From a virus: a DNA stretch of 40,320 nt. Location: UHGV virus genome UHGV-1432856; one strand, written 5' to 3'. This document shows positions 9,567 to 17,920 of the stretch, piece by piece (the first letter of the stretch is position 1; every line of letters begins with the position of its first letter). Below the pieces are notes generated by a model that worked only from the letters and a program-made list of their open reading frames with translations, made no database searches and was not told the DNA's origin. Made by a program: the position numbers and the translations under genes.

Positions 9567-9757
9567 TGCGCGTCCTCCCTGTCAGGGCGGGAGAATTCCA
9601 TGACGGGCACGTCCGCCGAAAAATGCTGGCTGCAGTACGGGCAGACCAGGGTGACGCGTACCGCAGGGATGTGGTATTTACCGGACATCACGGCGATGGC
9701 GCTGTGAAAACGCAGGGCTGTTATATCCCTCTCGCACTGAATACATTTAAATATCAT
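9563..9757 (-). CDS. small zinc-ribbon-like protein (64 aa)
   Basis: Two CxxC pairs (CIQCER ... CPYCSQ); AGGAG RBS about 10 nt upstream of ATG. Confidence 0.5.
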   Translation of the reverse strand: MIFKCIQCERDITALRFHSAIAVMSGKYHIPAVRVTLVCPYCSQHFSADVPVMEFSRPDREDAQ

Positions 9758-9854
9758 AATTTAATTCTCCTCTGTTTCCGGCGTGCAGAAGCCCACGGCG
9801 CTGACGCTGGAATAAAAAAGAAAATGTTTTTATTAAATAATTAACGTGGTGTGT

Positions 9855-10385
9855 TTACTGCACATCCTGCTCAAAAGGAATTATTGAAAAATCCTCAATG
9901 TCGCTTTTAATGGAAATACCGGGAATATTTTTCACGGCCTCTTTTTCATTCAGGATAGCGTCTTTATTTATTTCCTCTTTTACACGAATAAAGCGCTCAA
10001 GCCCCAGACGTCTCAGTAATTCAATAACATTATCCGCCCCACGGATACTGACTGATGGCGGACGGTTTCGCCACTGCACCTCGCCGGTGGTGAGGTTAGC
10101 GAACTTCACCTTCCCGTTGCCGGTCAGTTCATCACGGTGTGCCTCACACCATGTCTGAATACCGGACTGCAGTTCGGCCATGCGTTTTTTCAGGCTCTCG
10201 GTGAGCGGGGCATAACGTGCGGTGATATCGCCAATGGCGTCATTCATTTCTGTTTCAGCCCTGACCAGTTCACGTTGTGCGTCACCGAGCAGTCTGATGC
10301 CCTCAATGACCTCTTCGCGTGTCCCCGGTACCCAGAGTGCCGCTGCGGACTTGATACGTTTTGCCCCTTTTGTACTTTTTGCCAT
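9855..10385 (-). CDS. gam: Gam-like host-nuclease inhibitor protein
   Basis: 176 aa; KRIKSAAA...ETEMNDAI...VRPPSVSIRG...GIEDFSIIPFEQ closely matches Mu Gam as recalled. Confidence 0.9.
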   Translation of the reverse strand: MAKSTKGAKRIKSAAALWVPGTREEVIEGIRLLGDAQRELVRAETEMNDAIGDITARYAPLTESLKKRMAELQSGIQTWCEAHRDELTGNGKVKFANLTTGEVQWRNRPPSVSIRGADNVIELLRRLGLERFIRVKEEINKDAILNEKEAVKNIPGISIKSDIEDFSIIPFEQDVQ

Positions 10386-10412
10386 ATTTTATGATTTCTC
10401 CGGTTGTGCTGA

Positions 10413-10682
10413 TTACCACAAAGATTCCGGCCACACGACGCGACAGCCGTGCAGTTCGAAAACGCCCTGACGGAAATGACCCCTGTGGTCATGACCGGTA
10501 TACAGATAACTGGCTTTCCCCTGTTCAAGCATGTGTATGCAATGCGCACTCCGGGAAACTCGGATGACAGGTTTATGGCCCCTGATGGTGATGCTCTGTA
10601 TATCCGTATTCGTCGCCTTAAGTGCCATAATGGCTGACTGCACTTTGTTAATCTGCTGGCTGATAACTGTGGTGGATTTCAT
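10413..10682 (-). CDS. hypothetical early protein (89 aa)
   Basis: Starts 2 nt after the B stop with AAAGGGG RBS; occupies the B-to-gam position where Mu carries small accessory early genes. Confidence 0.45.
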   Translation of the reverse strand: MKSTTVISQQINKVQSAIMALKATNTDIQSITIRGHKPVIRVSRSAHCIHMLEQGKASYLYTGHDHRGHFRQGVFELHGCRVVWPESLW

Positions 10683-10684
10683 TA

Positions 10685-11851
10685 TTAAACCCCTTTGACA
10701 ACGTCAGCATTGACCTGTGGAACCCCGATTTCAGCGGCCAGATTCATGGCGGCTATCACCAGGTTACTGACGGCCAGCGGATACAGCAGGCTGACCATAT
10801 TTTTACGATGACTTCCCGGATTGCTCAGGCGGGCACGTATGGCATCCACTGCGCTGGCGTCCATAATGTCCGTCAGTTGTTTACCGGCCCGTTGCAGTTT
10901 GAACGTCAGAAATTCTTCAAGGTTATTGTCCAGAGGCAGAAGTTCGACCACCTCACAGCGCTGAACGACTTCACGGACTTCCATATTGCGTTCAGACAGT
11001 TTTGTCGCCAGTTCCGGCTGGCCAATCAGCACGATGGACAGCAGTTTTTTGAAACCGGACTCCAGCTCAAAAAAGCGTTTGAGGTGTTTCAGTGTCGGAA
11101 TGGGCAGACTGTGGGCCTCCTCAATCACCAGAACGTGGCTGAACCCCGCCTGGCTGCTGTCTTTCAGGACGCGATGCAACTGGCGAAAGCGGGCGTCCTG
11201 ACTGCGTCTGATGCTTTCCAGTGGTGCGATGGTACTGATAATGGCTTCGGCAATCGCTGCTGCCTTCAGGGTTTTCCCTTTCACATCGTTGTCTTCCATA
11301 GCGATGATGTATGGCTCGATAACAATTACCGGCGCATTCTCGCGGTTGATACGTTCAGTCAGGTCGCGGCGCAGCGTGGATTTACCCGCACCGGACTCAC
11401 CGATGACGGCCATAAACCCACCATGACGGGCTGTCTGGTACAACGCCTCACGCACGTAGCGAATGTCCGGGGTGGTGAACACATCATCAGAACCCTGCAT
11501 GGCTTCGTCGGCGAACGGGTCACGGAAAAGACCAAACGCTTTTTTGGTTGCTGGAAATAACACCTGTTTTTTGAGTAACATATTCTCTTCCTCACTGAGG
11601 CTCGTTTTATCTGTGGTACCCGCTGTACGGGGCGTGGCCGCGCCCTGTACAGCATCAAAACTCTTCGTTGTATCAATCCCCTGACTTTCCAGCCAGGACG
11701 CAAGACGCCGGCGCACTTCTCCGGGGCTGGTGCGGGGCCACGCGTTATGATTCACAATCTGGGCCAGCGTGGCCTCAGAAACATCGACAGCTCTCGCCAC
11801 CACCGCCTGTGGAATACGGGCCTCTTTCAGTTGCTGCTTCAGTACCAGCAT
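10685..11851 (-). CDS. B: transposition ATPase B (AAA+ P-loop, N-terminal HTH)
   Basis: Walker A GESGAGKS, Walker B-like VLVIEEAH; immediately downstream of the transposase; start taken at the Met preceded by GAGGAGGG, 10 nt after the A stop. Confidence 0.8.
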   Translation of the reverse strand: MLVLKQQLKEARIPQAVVARAVDVSEATLAQIVNHNAWPRTSPGEVRRRLASWLESQGIDTTKSFDAVQGAATPRTAGTTDKTSLSEEENMLLKKQVLFPATKKAFGLFRDPFADEAMQGSDDVFTTPDIRYVREALYQTARHGGFMAVIGESGAGKSTLRRDLTERINRENAPVIVIEPYIIAMEDNDVKGKTLKAAAIAEAIISTIAPLESIRRSQDARFRQLHRVLKDSSQAGFSHVLVIEEAHSLPIPTLKHLKRFFELESGFKKLLSIVLIGQPELATKLSERNMEVREVVQRCEVVELLPLDNNLEEFLTFKLQRAGKQLTDIMDASAVDAIRARLSNPGSHRKNMVSLLYPLAVSNLVIAAMNLAAEIGVPQVNADVVKGV

Positions 11852-11861
11852 GTTTCCCTCC

Positions 11862-13631
11862 TCAGTTGCCGTTAACAATGCTGATAACACTGCTGCTGGC
11901 CGGTGTGGTCAGCGTGGCCATGACTTCATCCAGTGCGGCTTCCGGTACGCCGTCCGGGTACTGTGCCGTTAACTGGCGGTAATGTTCCGGCGTCCAGGTA
12001 AGGCCGTCGGCGCTGAACTTATCGCGCAGGGCTTTCGCGGCCTCCACATGAGTCATGGGACGTTGTTCAGTGCGCGGCCCGCGTACGTCAGAGGCCTGAC
12101 CACGCTTCGGCATATAGGCCGGAAGTGTGGTGTCGTCGATATGTTTATACGGGTCAAGCCGCCCGCCGAACGGCAGCGCCTTCGCCTTGCGTGCGGCGGC
12201 TGCATCTGCGGCGTTGTCTGTACCGGTAACCAGCGCTTCGGTTTCTTTTGCCGCCATCTGTGCCGGGGTTTCCGGCAGGGCTTTGTAACTTTCGCCAAAT
12301 ACCGCCGCGCCTTCAGCAAAGCCAAACTCGTTCTTTCTGACCTCTTCGACCAGGAAGAACGTCTCGTGGCCGTCCTCACCGGTCAGAACCACCTGTGCCA
12401 CATCGCTGCGCCATGGGTTACGGGTAATCATCAGTTTTTCACCAACCAGTACGCCCGGTACCGTTGATACGTCAAATTCAGTGCCCCGGAACGAGACACG
12501 AAGTTTTGGCGTGACTTTGCGGAGTTCTGGTGCCGCCACAGCCAGTTCATGACATACCTCAACGGAAGGCGCTTTTTTCAGCTGCTCAGCAGTAATCTTC
12601 AGCCAGATATCCGTGCGGGTTTTACCGTGGCGGCTGTGAACAGCCGTGGCGTTAAAGTGGCTGCGCCATTTCGCGGCCAGCGCGTTGAGTTCTTCCAGAC
12701 TGTGAACCGGCCGGAACTTCAGACCCGGCTCCAGCTTGCGTTCGATAATGTCTCGCGCCTTTTCCACCTGTCCGGTGGCGCGGGCGTTATGCGGCTTGTG
12801 CGCTATCAGGTCGATGCCCAGTGAGCGGCACATGTTTTTCGTCATACCCGCGGTGTTTGCCGAGCCGGGGTCGAGATAGAGTATTTTTGGCACGCCGTGC
12901 AGCACGTCTGCGCCGCCACGCTCCTGCATGGCGTTGATAAGCACAGAACACAGGTTCTCACCTGATTCCGCGCCCGTCACATACTCAACGTAAATCCAGC
13001 CGCTGGCATGGTCGGTAATCTCGTAACTCCACACGCGGTCACTGGCGATACGGGCAAGGTTAGCGGGCTTGTTCTTGTAGAACTTCGCGCTGTCCATCAC
13101 CTGCAGCCCTTTATGTCCATTGCTCAGGTAGTAAAGCGTGCAGAGTGAGGCGTCAATCTGCCAGACATGATTGGGGTGCAGACTGGCCACTTCGGTATGC
13201 GGTGCAGGAGCATCCAGTTGTTCCGGGTGCAGGCCATAGTTACGCAGAGCACGGCTGATGGCATCTTCAGACAACGGGAAAAACTCACCGGTGGTTTCAT
13301 CTGTTCTGCCTGCGGTGATAAAGCCGTTAGCCCGCAGGGTTTCCACTGCATCTGCGATGGAATAGAGGCGCTTACCGTTCTTGCGGGTGGCCTCACGCAG
13401 TGTGGCAGATATCAGCGCGGCTTCGTCGCGGGTCAGGGCGCTGCGTCCGGCATCAGCGCGTTTTTTGCGTTTATCAGTCACAGAGACCTCCTTCAGCCTG
13501 CGCAGCAGAGTGGCGCGGGACATGCCAAGTTCAGCACAGGCAGCGTCGTATATTGCACCGCGTTTACCATGCCCCGCGTCACGTGCCGCGCGGGCGACAT
13601 AAACCAGTCGTTCAGTCAGGGCAGCATTCAT
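11862..13631 (-). CDS. A: DDE transposase (phage A-type, integrase-core fold)
   Basis: 589 aa; candidate catalytic triad HVWQIDAS / YLDPGSAN / GQVEKA (D, D, E); paired with the B ATPase. Confidence 0.85.
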   Translation of the reverse strand: MNAALTERLVYVARAARDAGHGKRGAIYDAACAELGMSRATLLRRLKEVSVTDKRKKRADAGRSALTRDEAALISATLREATRKNGKRLYSIADAVETLRANGFITAGRTDETTGEFFPLSEDAISRALRNYGLHPEQLDAPAPHTEVASLHPNHVWQIDASLCTLYYLSNGHKGLQVMDSAKFYKNKPANLARIASDRVWSYEITDHASGWIYVEYVTGAESGENLCSVLINAMQERGGADVLHGVPKILYLDPGSANTAGMTKNMCRSLGIDLIAHKPHNARATGQVEKARDIIERKLEPGLKFRPVHSLEELNALAAKWRSHFNATAVHSRHGKTRTDIWLKITAEQLKKAPSVEVCHELAVAAPELRKVTPKLRVSFRGTEFDVSTVPGVLVGEKLMITRNPWRSDVAQVVLTGEDGHETFFLVEEVRKNEFGFAEGAAVFGESYKALPETPAQMAAKETEALVTGTDNAADAAAARKAKALPFGGRLDPYKHIDDTTLPAYMPKRGQASDVRGPRTEQRPMTHVEAAKALRDKFSADGLTWTPEHYRQLTAQYPDGVPEAALDEVMATLTTPASSSVISIVNGN

Positions 13632-13634
13632 TGG

Positions 13635-14549
13635 TTATGCCTCCAGCCCGTTAATCTGTGGCGTCGGCTCAGTCAGCCATGAAGGCGCGGCATTGCCTGT
13701 TGGCTCATCCGGCAGGTCAAATGTGGAGCGCAGGCTACGCGCTGTGCTTTCCAGTTGACAGACCAGGCCTGCCATGAAGTCTCTGGGGGTATCAATCATG
13801 TTTTCAGCACAATATGCGCACAGCGTCTCAAAAGCGCTGGACAGTCGAACGGCGATAGCAGATTCCGCCTCAACCGCTAATGCTGTCACTTCCGCCCGCA
13901 GCTTCTTAACCTCTTCATCAGGCTCAGGCGGCTGAATACGGGATTTCTTCTCCAGTCTGGTGGAGAGTGAGTCTATTTTTTCATTTTTGTCAGCGAGTAC
14001 GCGCTGTTGTGCTGCGTTGGTTTCGCGCGCTTCGCGCAGGGCCTGACGCAATTCACGTACTGACATGCGATCAACGTCGTCAAGCGTCAGGCCGGCAACT
14101 GTGCCGCCGTCGGCCAATTCATCAAGTTCTTCATTATCCAGAACCATCAGGTCGTACAGTTTGGCTTTCCCCAAAACGCTCAACGTTGAGCGTTTTGTTG
14201 GCTCATCACCTTCTCCCAAAAACTTCATACTGGCTTGCATCATGCGGCGAGCAACTTGTGGTGCAAGTCCGAGTTCATTTTCTAAAATGTTTGTAAAATC
14301 ACCGTGTGGCTCATTTTCTTTTAAGATGATCAGCCGCTTACCCGCTTCCAGCATAGATTCAGCACTCTGCGCCATATAAAAACGTGCTTCGTGAACAATG
14401 CGATCACGTTCATAAGGCAGTCCATCACCAAACTGCTGCATAATTTCCATGCGATGCTGTGTCATAGCGTTCAAATTGACATTGATGTTATCTGACAGCG
14501 GAACCTCAACATTCAGTTCAGTGTTAACGGGTGATTTGGTGCGTCCCAT
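13635..14549 (-). CDS. acidic coiled-coil protein (DUF3102-like) of unknown function
   Basis: 304 aa, tightly packed between the wHTH gene and the transposase; domain assignment from memory only. Confidence 0.55.
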   Translation of the reverse strand: MGRTKSPVNTELNVEVPLSDNINVNLNAMTQHRMEIMQQFGDGLPYERDRIVHEARFYMAQSAESMLEAGKRLIILKENEPHGDFTNILENELGLAPQVARRMMQASMKFLGEGDEPTKRSTLSVLGKAKLYDLMVLDNEELDELADGGTVAGLTLDDVDRMSVRELRQALREARETNAAQQRVLADKNEKIDSLSTRLEKKSRIQPPEPDEEVKKLRAEVTALAVEAESAIAVRLSSAFETLCAYCAENMIDTPRDFMAGLVCQLESTARSLRSTFDLPDEPTGNAAPSWLTEPTPQINGLEA

Positions 14550-14559
14550 TGATTACTCC

Positions 14560-14868
14560 TTACAAACGACTACCTGAAATAACTCGTTGGTTGATTTCGT
14601 TAATACGATCCTGTGCACGCGCCATCTCGTGACTGTGAGCCATGGCGATCTGTAGTAACTGGATTCCCGGTGCGAAACGTCCGTTCTCTAATTTCATGGC
14701 CAGTCCCTCTTCAATAAGGGTATTAAGTGCTCGATTGATATTCGCCGGGGACTCCCCCAGGGCTGATGCCAGTTCACCGTTAGAAACACCGTTCAGAGCA
14801 TGACCGCGTAGAGCTTTGAGTACACGTAGGATGCGGGTCCCAGAACTGGAAATATTTACTTTACTCAT
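14560..14868 (-). CDS. winged-helix DNA-binding protein (IclR-N/MarR-like HTH)
   Basis: LRVLKALRGHALNGVSNGELASALGESPANINRALNTLIEEG HTH pattern; start taken at MSKVNISS (14866-14868); the track's longer start at 14931 would overlap the upstream gene. Confidence 0.5.
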   Translation of the reverse strand: MSKVNISSSGTRILRVLKALRGHALNGVSNGELASALGESPANINRALNTLIEEGLAMKLENGRFAPGIQLLQIAMAHSHEMARAQDRINEINQRVISGSRL

Positions 14869-14920
14869 GTCACATTTCCATTTTTGCAATATGTGATAAC
14901 CTGTTGCATATGTGGAAAAT

Positions 14921-15109
14921 TTATGCCGCATTTGACGTGGGTTTTAATCCCAGTTTTACGGCAATTTCATGGGCTTTGCCGTAACGAGCTTTGGTCTGTC
15001 CATTGAGAACACGATAGACCTCATTGCGGCTGTAGCCGTGTTCTTCGGCCCAGCGGGTAAACGTGATACCACGCTGACGGAAGAGATTTTTAACTTGTTC
15101 GGAAGTCAT
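14921..15109 (-). CDS. small HTH DNA-binding protein in the Cro/Ner position
   Basis: 62 aa, first gene of the leftward operon, divergent from the XRE repressor; AGGAG RBS; not clearly homologous to Mu Ner, assigned by position and HTH-like pattern. Confidence 0.55.
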   Translation of the reverse strand: MTSEQVKNLFRQRGITFTRWAEEHGYSRNEVYRVLNGQTKARYGKAHEIAVKLGLKPTSNAA

Positions 15110-15159
15110 TGTTGTCTCCTTTGTTGATGCAATGATGTTTGTTTTATATGTGATAGATT

Positions 15160-15179
15160 ATGAGAACTATTGTTCTCAT
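15160..15179. promoter_or_regulatory. putative operator: inverted repeat ATGAGAAC-TATT-GTTCTCAT
   Basis: Perfect 8-bp arms with 4-bp spacer, inside the 86-bp divergent region between the Cro/Ner-like and repressor genes. Confidence 0.45.
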
Positions 15180-15195
15180 TGTCAATGAGGTTTAT

Positions 15196-15621
15196 GTGAA
15201 TTTTGATTCTCTTTGCGCGTCGCGGTTCAAAGCTGAGCGTTCGCGGTTATCACTCAAGCAGGCTGAAGTAGCAGCCCTTTGTGGCGTTTCAAGAGAAATG
15301 TGGGGGAAATATGAACGAGGGGTTGCTGTTCCCGGAGGTGAGTTACTTGCAGCCTTTGCAAGAATTGGGGCCAATGTACAGTTCATTCTTACCGGGGAGT
15401 CATCAGGTATAACTTTATCACGTGATGAAATGGAGTTACTGCAGCACTACCGGCAGGCACCATTACAGGTCAAAGGTTCAGTTTTGTCGGCCTTGACTAC
15501 TGGCTCCTCCAGAGAACGGGCGGAACAGGTTATTCATGGAGATGTTCTGGGGAATGTTATCAAAGGTAACGTAACCATAGGAACAGGTGGAATAATGAAC
15601 AAAAATACCAAGAGAAGATGA
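15196..15621 (+). CDS. XRE-family HTH transcriptional regulator, probable prophage repressor
   Basis: HTH LSLKQAEVAALCGVSREMWGKYERG; start placed at GTG 15196 (GAGG at 5 nt spacing); the track ORF starts at ATG 15160 inside the palindrome; divergent from the early operon. Confidence 0.65.
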   Translation: MNFDSLCASRFKAERSRLSLKQAEVAALCGVSREMWGKYERGVAVPGGELLAAFARIGANVQFILTGESSGITLSRDEMELLQHYRQAPLQVKGSVLSALTTGSSRERAEQVIHGDVLGNVIKGNVTIGTGGIMNKNTKRR

Positions 15622-16604
15622 GTAAAGAGAAGCAAACAGTTAACGGGGATGTGGGTAACGTTGTCAGCGGTGATGTTACCATTCATAACTATTCTGCTGA
15701 CATACTTCCTTCGGCCCAGCAACCAATTTCGTTGCTGCAAAAACGCGATTTACACAGATTGATGGATGAATTGGTTGATCTGGGGGAAAGTAAGCGCGAG
15801 CTATGGATGACGATCCACACGAAACTTAATACCAAAACAGTTAATGAAATGACTGCGGCTGATTATCATGGTGCGGTTGAGATCCTTCAGAGATATGCAC
15901 AACAGATCCAGAATATGAAGGACTGTAATCTTCTGGTCAGCAAAATAATGGCGCTTACTGACCCTGGGTATCGTCTTGACCGTGACAGATACTGTCTGAA
16001 GCATTTCGGTACAACCCATCTTAAAGGCCTAGACAAAGAGCAGTTGCAGGCTGTGTTTGGTTATTTTGATGATCTGCTGAATATTCGTGATGAGAGTAAA
16101 ACTCTATCACCTCCATCGGAAAGCGGTGCAAAATCAGTCGCAACTGTACCAACCAGAAGCCGGAAGCCTCATGTAGTAGTGTTGGGGGGAGTGTTAGTTC
16201 TTGTAGCAATATTTTTCGTGGGAATGATTGTGTTCGCTGGTAAATGGGGAAATGCCAAAGCAGTAGCTTCTACTGAAACCAGCGTTTTTAACATTAAAAC
16301 CAACGATAAAATAATAGAAGATTCCATCCCCGCACTGCGCAGCATGTTTCCAGGGTTAAATAAGTACTCAGATGATTTCCATTCGGTTTCAAGCTACAAG
16401 CAAAAAACGGGCTGGCATACCCTTAAATTTACTGTATCAGCAAAGGCATCCGTCCCCGAAAATTATAGTGTTAAGGGCAAGGTTTGTTACATTAACATAA
16501 GCCCTGATGGTAGTTATGCTCGGGTTTTGACTGCTCCATGTCGTTCACTGCTACTTGATCAGCAAAGCACTCCTGACAGTAAATACCGTTTTATTCTTAA
16601 ATAG
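15618..16604 (+). CDS. single-pass membrane protein of unknown function, translationally coupled to the repressor
   Basis: 328 aa; ATGA overlap with the repressor stop; one TM helix (VVVLGGVLVLVAIFFVGMIVFA) between a roughly 185-aa N-terminal and 120-aa C-terminal domain; N-terminal GDV/GNV repeat; AT-rich. Confidence 0.6.
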   Translation: MSKEKQTVNGDVGNVVSGDVTIHNYSADILPSAQQPISLLQKRDLHRLMDELVDLGESKRELWMTIHTKLNTKTVNEMTAADYHGAVEILQRYAQQIQNMKDCNLLVSKIMALTDPGYRLDRDRYCLKHFGTTHLKGLDKEQLQAVFGYFDDLLNIRDESKTLSPPSESGAKSVATVPTRSRKPHVVVLGGVLVLVAIFFVGMIVFAGKWGNAKAVASTETSVFNIKTNDKIIEDSIPALRSMFPGLNKYSDDFHSVSSYKQKTGWHTLKFTVSAKASVPENYSVKGKVCYINISPDGSYARVLTAPCRSLLLDQQSTPDSKYRFILK

Positions 16605-16694
16605 AAAATAACAGCTGAATTACCATGGGATCAGAAAAAAGACAAAGGCGGCATCATGCTGCGTTCTGAAATTTTAATGTAAAAGGTGATGAAC

Positions 16695-17276
16695 ATGGCA
16701 GGGATTCAGGTTATCGCAGGAAGTTTTCCTAAAGGGTGGGCAAGCATGGGGTTCGGTACCATCGTGTTTGCCAAAAAACCAAAACAAGGCTTTCCTGAAA
16801 ATATTGTATTAAATCTGAAAGAAGAGCTTTTATCGATTGAACTTGCGGATAGTGAAGAGGAAAGCCGTATAGGTAAGGCGGCAGGCGCAGGTTTGCTTGG
16901 TGGATTAATCTTTGGTGGTGCAGGGTTGGTCATTGGAGGTTTGCTTGGTGCGGCGGACAAGACGAAAAAAACTATCACTTTTAAGGCAATGTTTACGGGA
17001 AATAGGTTACTTCTGGCTAAAACAGATTCAAAAACTTTTGTAAAACTTCAGTCAATTGCTGCTGATAATGCCCATAACGCATCTGTAATCAACATGAAGC
17101 AAACTAACAGGGGCGATGTTTCTTCTCGTAAACAACTAACAGAAAATCCACAGCAGCAAGACTTACCTGCGCCCGCTACAACAGTAAAAATGACTGCCAA
17201 AGATAAGTTAGAATCGGCTCTTGGGCTGGGAATCATCGTTATAGCTGTTTGGGCAATAATACACTTCTTTTTTTAG
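16695..17276 (+). CDS. glycine-zipper membrane protein of unknown function
   Basis: GKAAGAGLLGGLIFGGAGLVIGGLLGAA glycine zipper plus C-terminal hydrophobic helix LGLGIIVIAVWAIIHFFF; start chosen at ATG 16695 (AGGTG upstream); AT-rich. Confidence 0.55.
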   Translation: MAGIQVIAGSFPKGWASMGFGTIVFAKKPKQGFPENIVLNLKEELLSIELADSEEESRIGKAAGAGLLGGLIFGGAGLVIGGLLGAADKTKKTITFKAMFTGNRLLLAKTDSKTFVKLQSIAADNAHNASVINMKQTNRGDVSSRKQLTENPQQQDLPAPATTVKMTAKDKLESALGLGIIVIAVWAIIHFFF

Positions 17277-17278
17277 TG

Positions 17279-17302
17279 CAGCCCTTCAGGGCTGTTTCTG
17301 TT
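17279..17302 (+). terminator. Rho-independent terminator ending the repressor-linked cassette
   Basis: CAGCCC-TTCA-GGGCTG hairpin followed by TTTCTGTT, 3 nt after the stop at 17276. Confidence 0.5.
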
Positions 17303-17313
17303 CAGGAGGTATC

Positions 17314-17790
17314 TTAAGGATTATCCGGGGCGTTTTCCTGTTTGCCGTACTTCGGAGACGAACAACATTCTGTTGGCTGACCGGTGAGTTTACGTAACTC
17401 CTTCATGAGCAGCTCCTGATCGTAAACTGTCATCAGTGCCGCAATGGTGGCATGCAGTGCATCGGGCAGTATCCAGGGTTGCCGGCCCGTGGGGCATATA
17501 ACATCCAGCAGCTCATTCGTCCGACAGATACGCTCCTCGCCGTATGACAACAGGCCCTGTCCCGTGTATTCCTCCAGCCTGATCACTGTGCCACCCCGTG
17601 GCTTCTGCCAGGTCGTCAGATCTTCGCCATTCATACGGCGCTCATTCTCCACGTCAGCAGCATCGACAATGACGCTGTTTCCGAGTTCCTGTTTCACCAT
17701 CTCTTCTATCCGCGCCAGTACGTAACTTTTACCGCTGCCCACAGGACCGGACACAGTGACAGTGATGACCGGATTCAGTGTGTGCGTCAT
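17314..17790 (-). CDS. small P-loop protein, NMP/shikimate-kinase-like
   Basis: 158 aa; Walker A GPVGSGKS at residues 15-22 followed closely by VIVDAADVE, resembling small P-loop kinases; strong GAGGAG RBS; convergent with the cassette. Confidence 0.55.
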   Translation of the reverse strand: MTHTLNPVITVTVSGPVGSGKSYVLARIEEMVKQELGNSVIVDAADVENERRMNGEDLTTWQKPRGGTVIRLEEYTGQGLLSYGEERICRTNELLDVICPTGRQPWILPDALHATIAALMTVYDQELLMKELRKLTGQPTECCSSPKYGKQENAPDNP

Positions 17791-17849
17791 ATCGTATTCT
17801 CCTCTGTGAATAATTCATCGTTTATCCTGCACATCCCGTATCCCCGGCT

Positions 17850-17870
17850 CTCTTAACGCGCTTTAAAATC
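17850..17870 (+). promoter_or_regulatory. degenerate copy of the late-region motif, upstream of the lysis genes
   Basis: CTCTTAA-CGCG-CTTTAAAATC, about 50 nt upstream of the ATG at 17921; compare 31232-31253 and 37583-37604. Confidence 0.3.
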
Positions 17871-17920
17871 CTTCGCGCCCTGTATTTGTGATGCTGTCTC
17901 CACCAGATAAGGAGACACAC

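Noticed and set aside
10808-11560. 250-aa plus-strand ORF
   Set aside because: Lies wholly antisense within the B-like ATPase gene, which has clear Walker motifs.
14921-15109. Calling the 62-aa protein a true Mu Ner/Nlp homologue
   Set aside because: It does not resemble Mu Ner or E. coli Nlp as I recall them; it is kept only as a Cro/Ner-position HTH protein.
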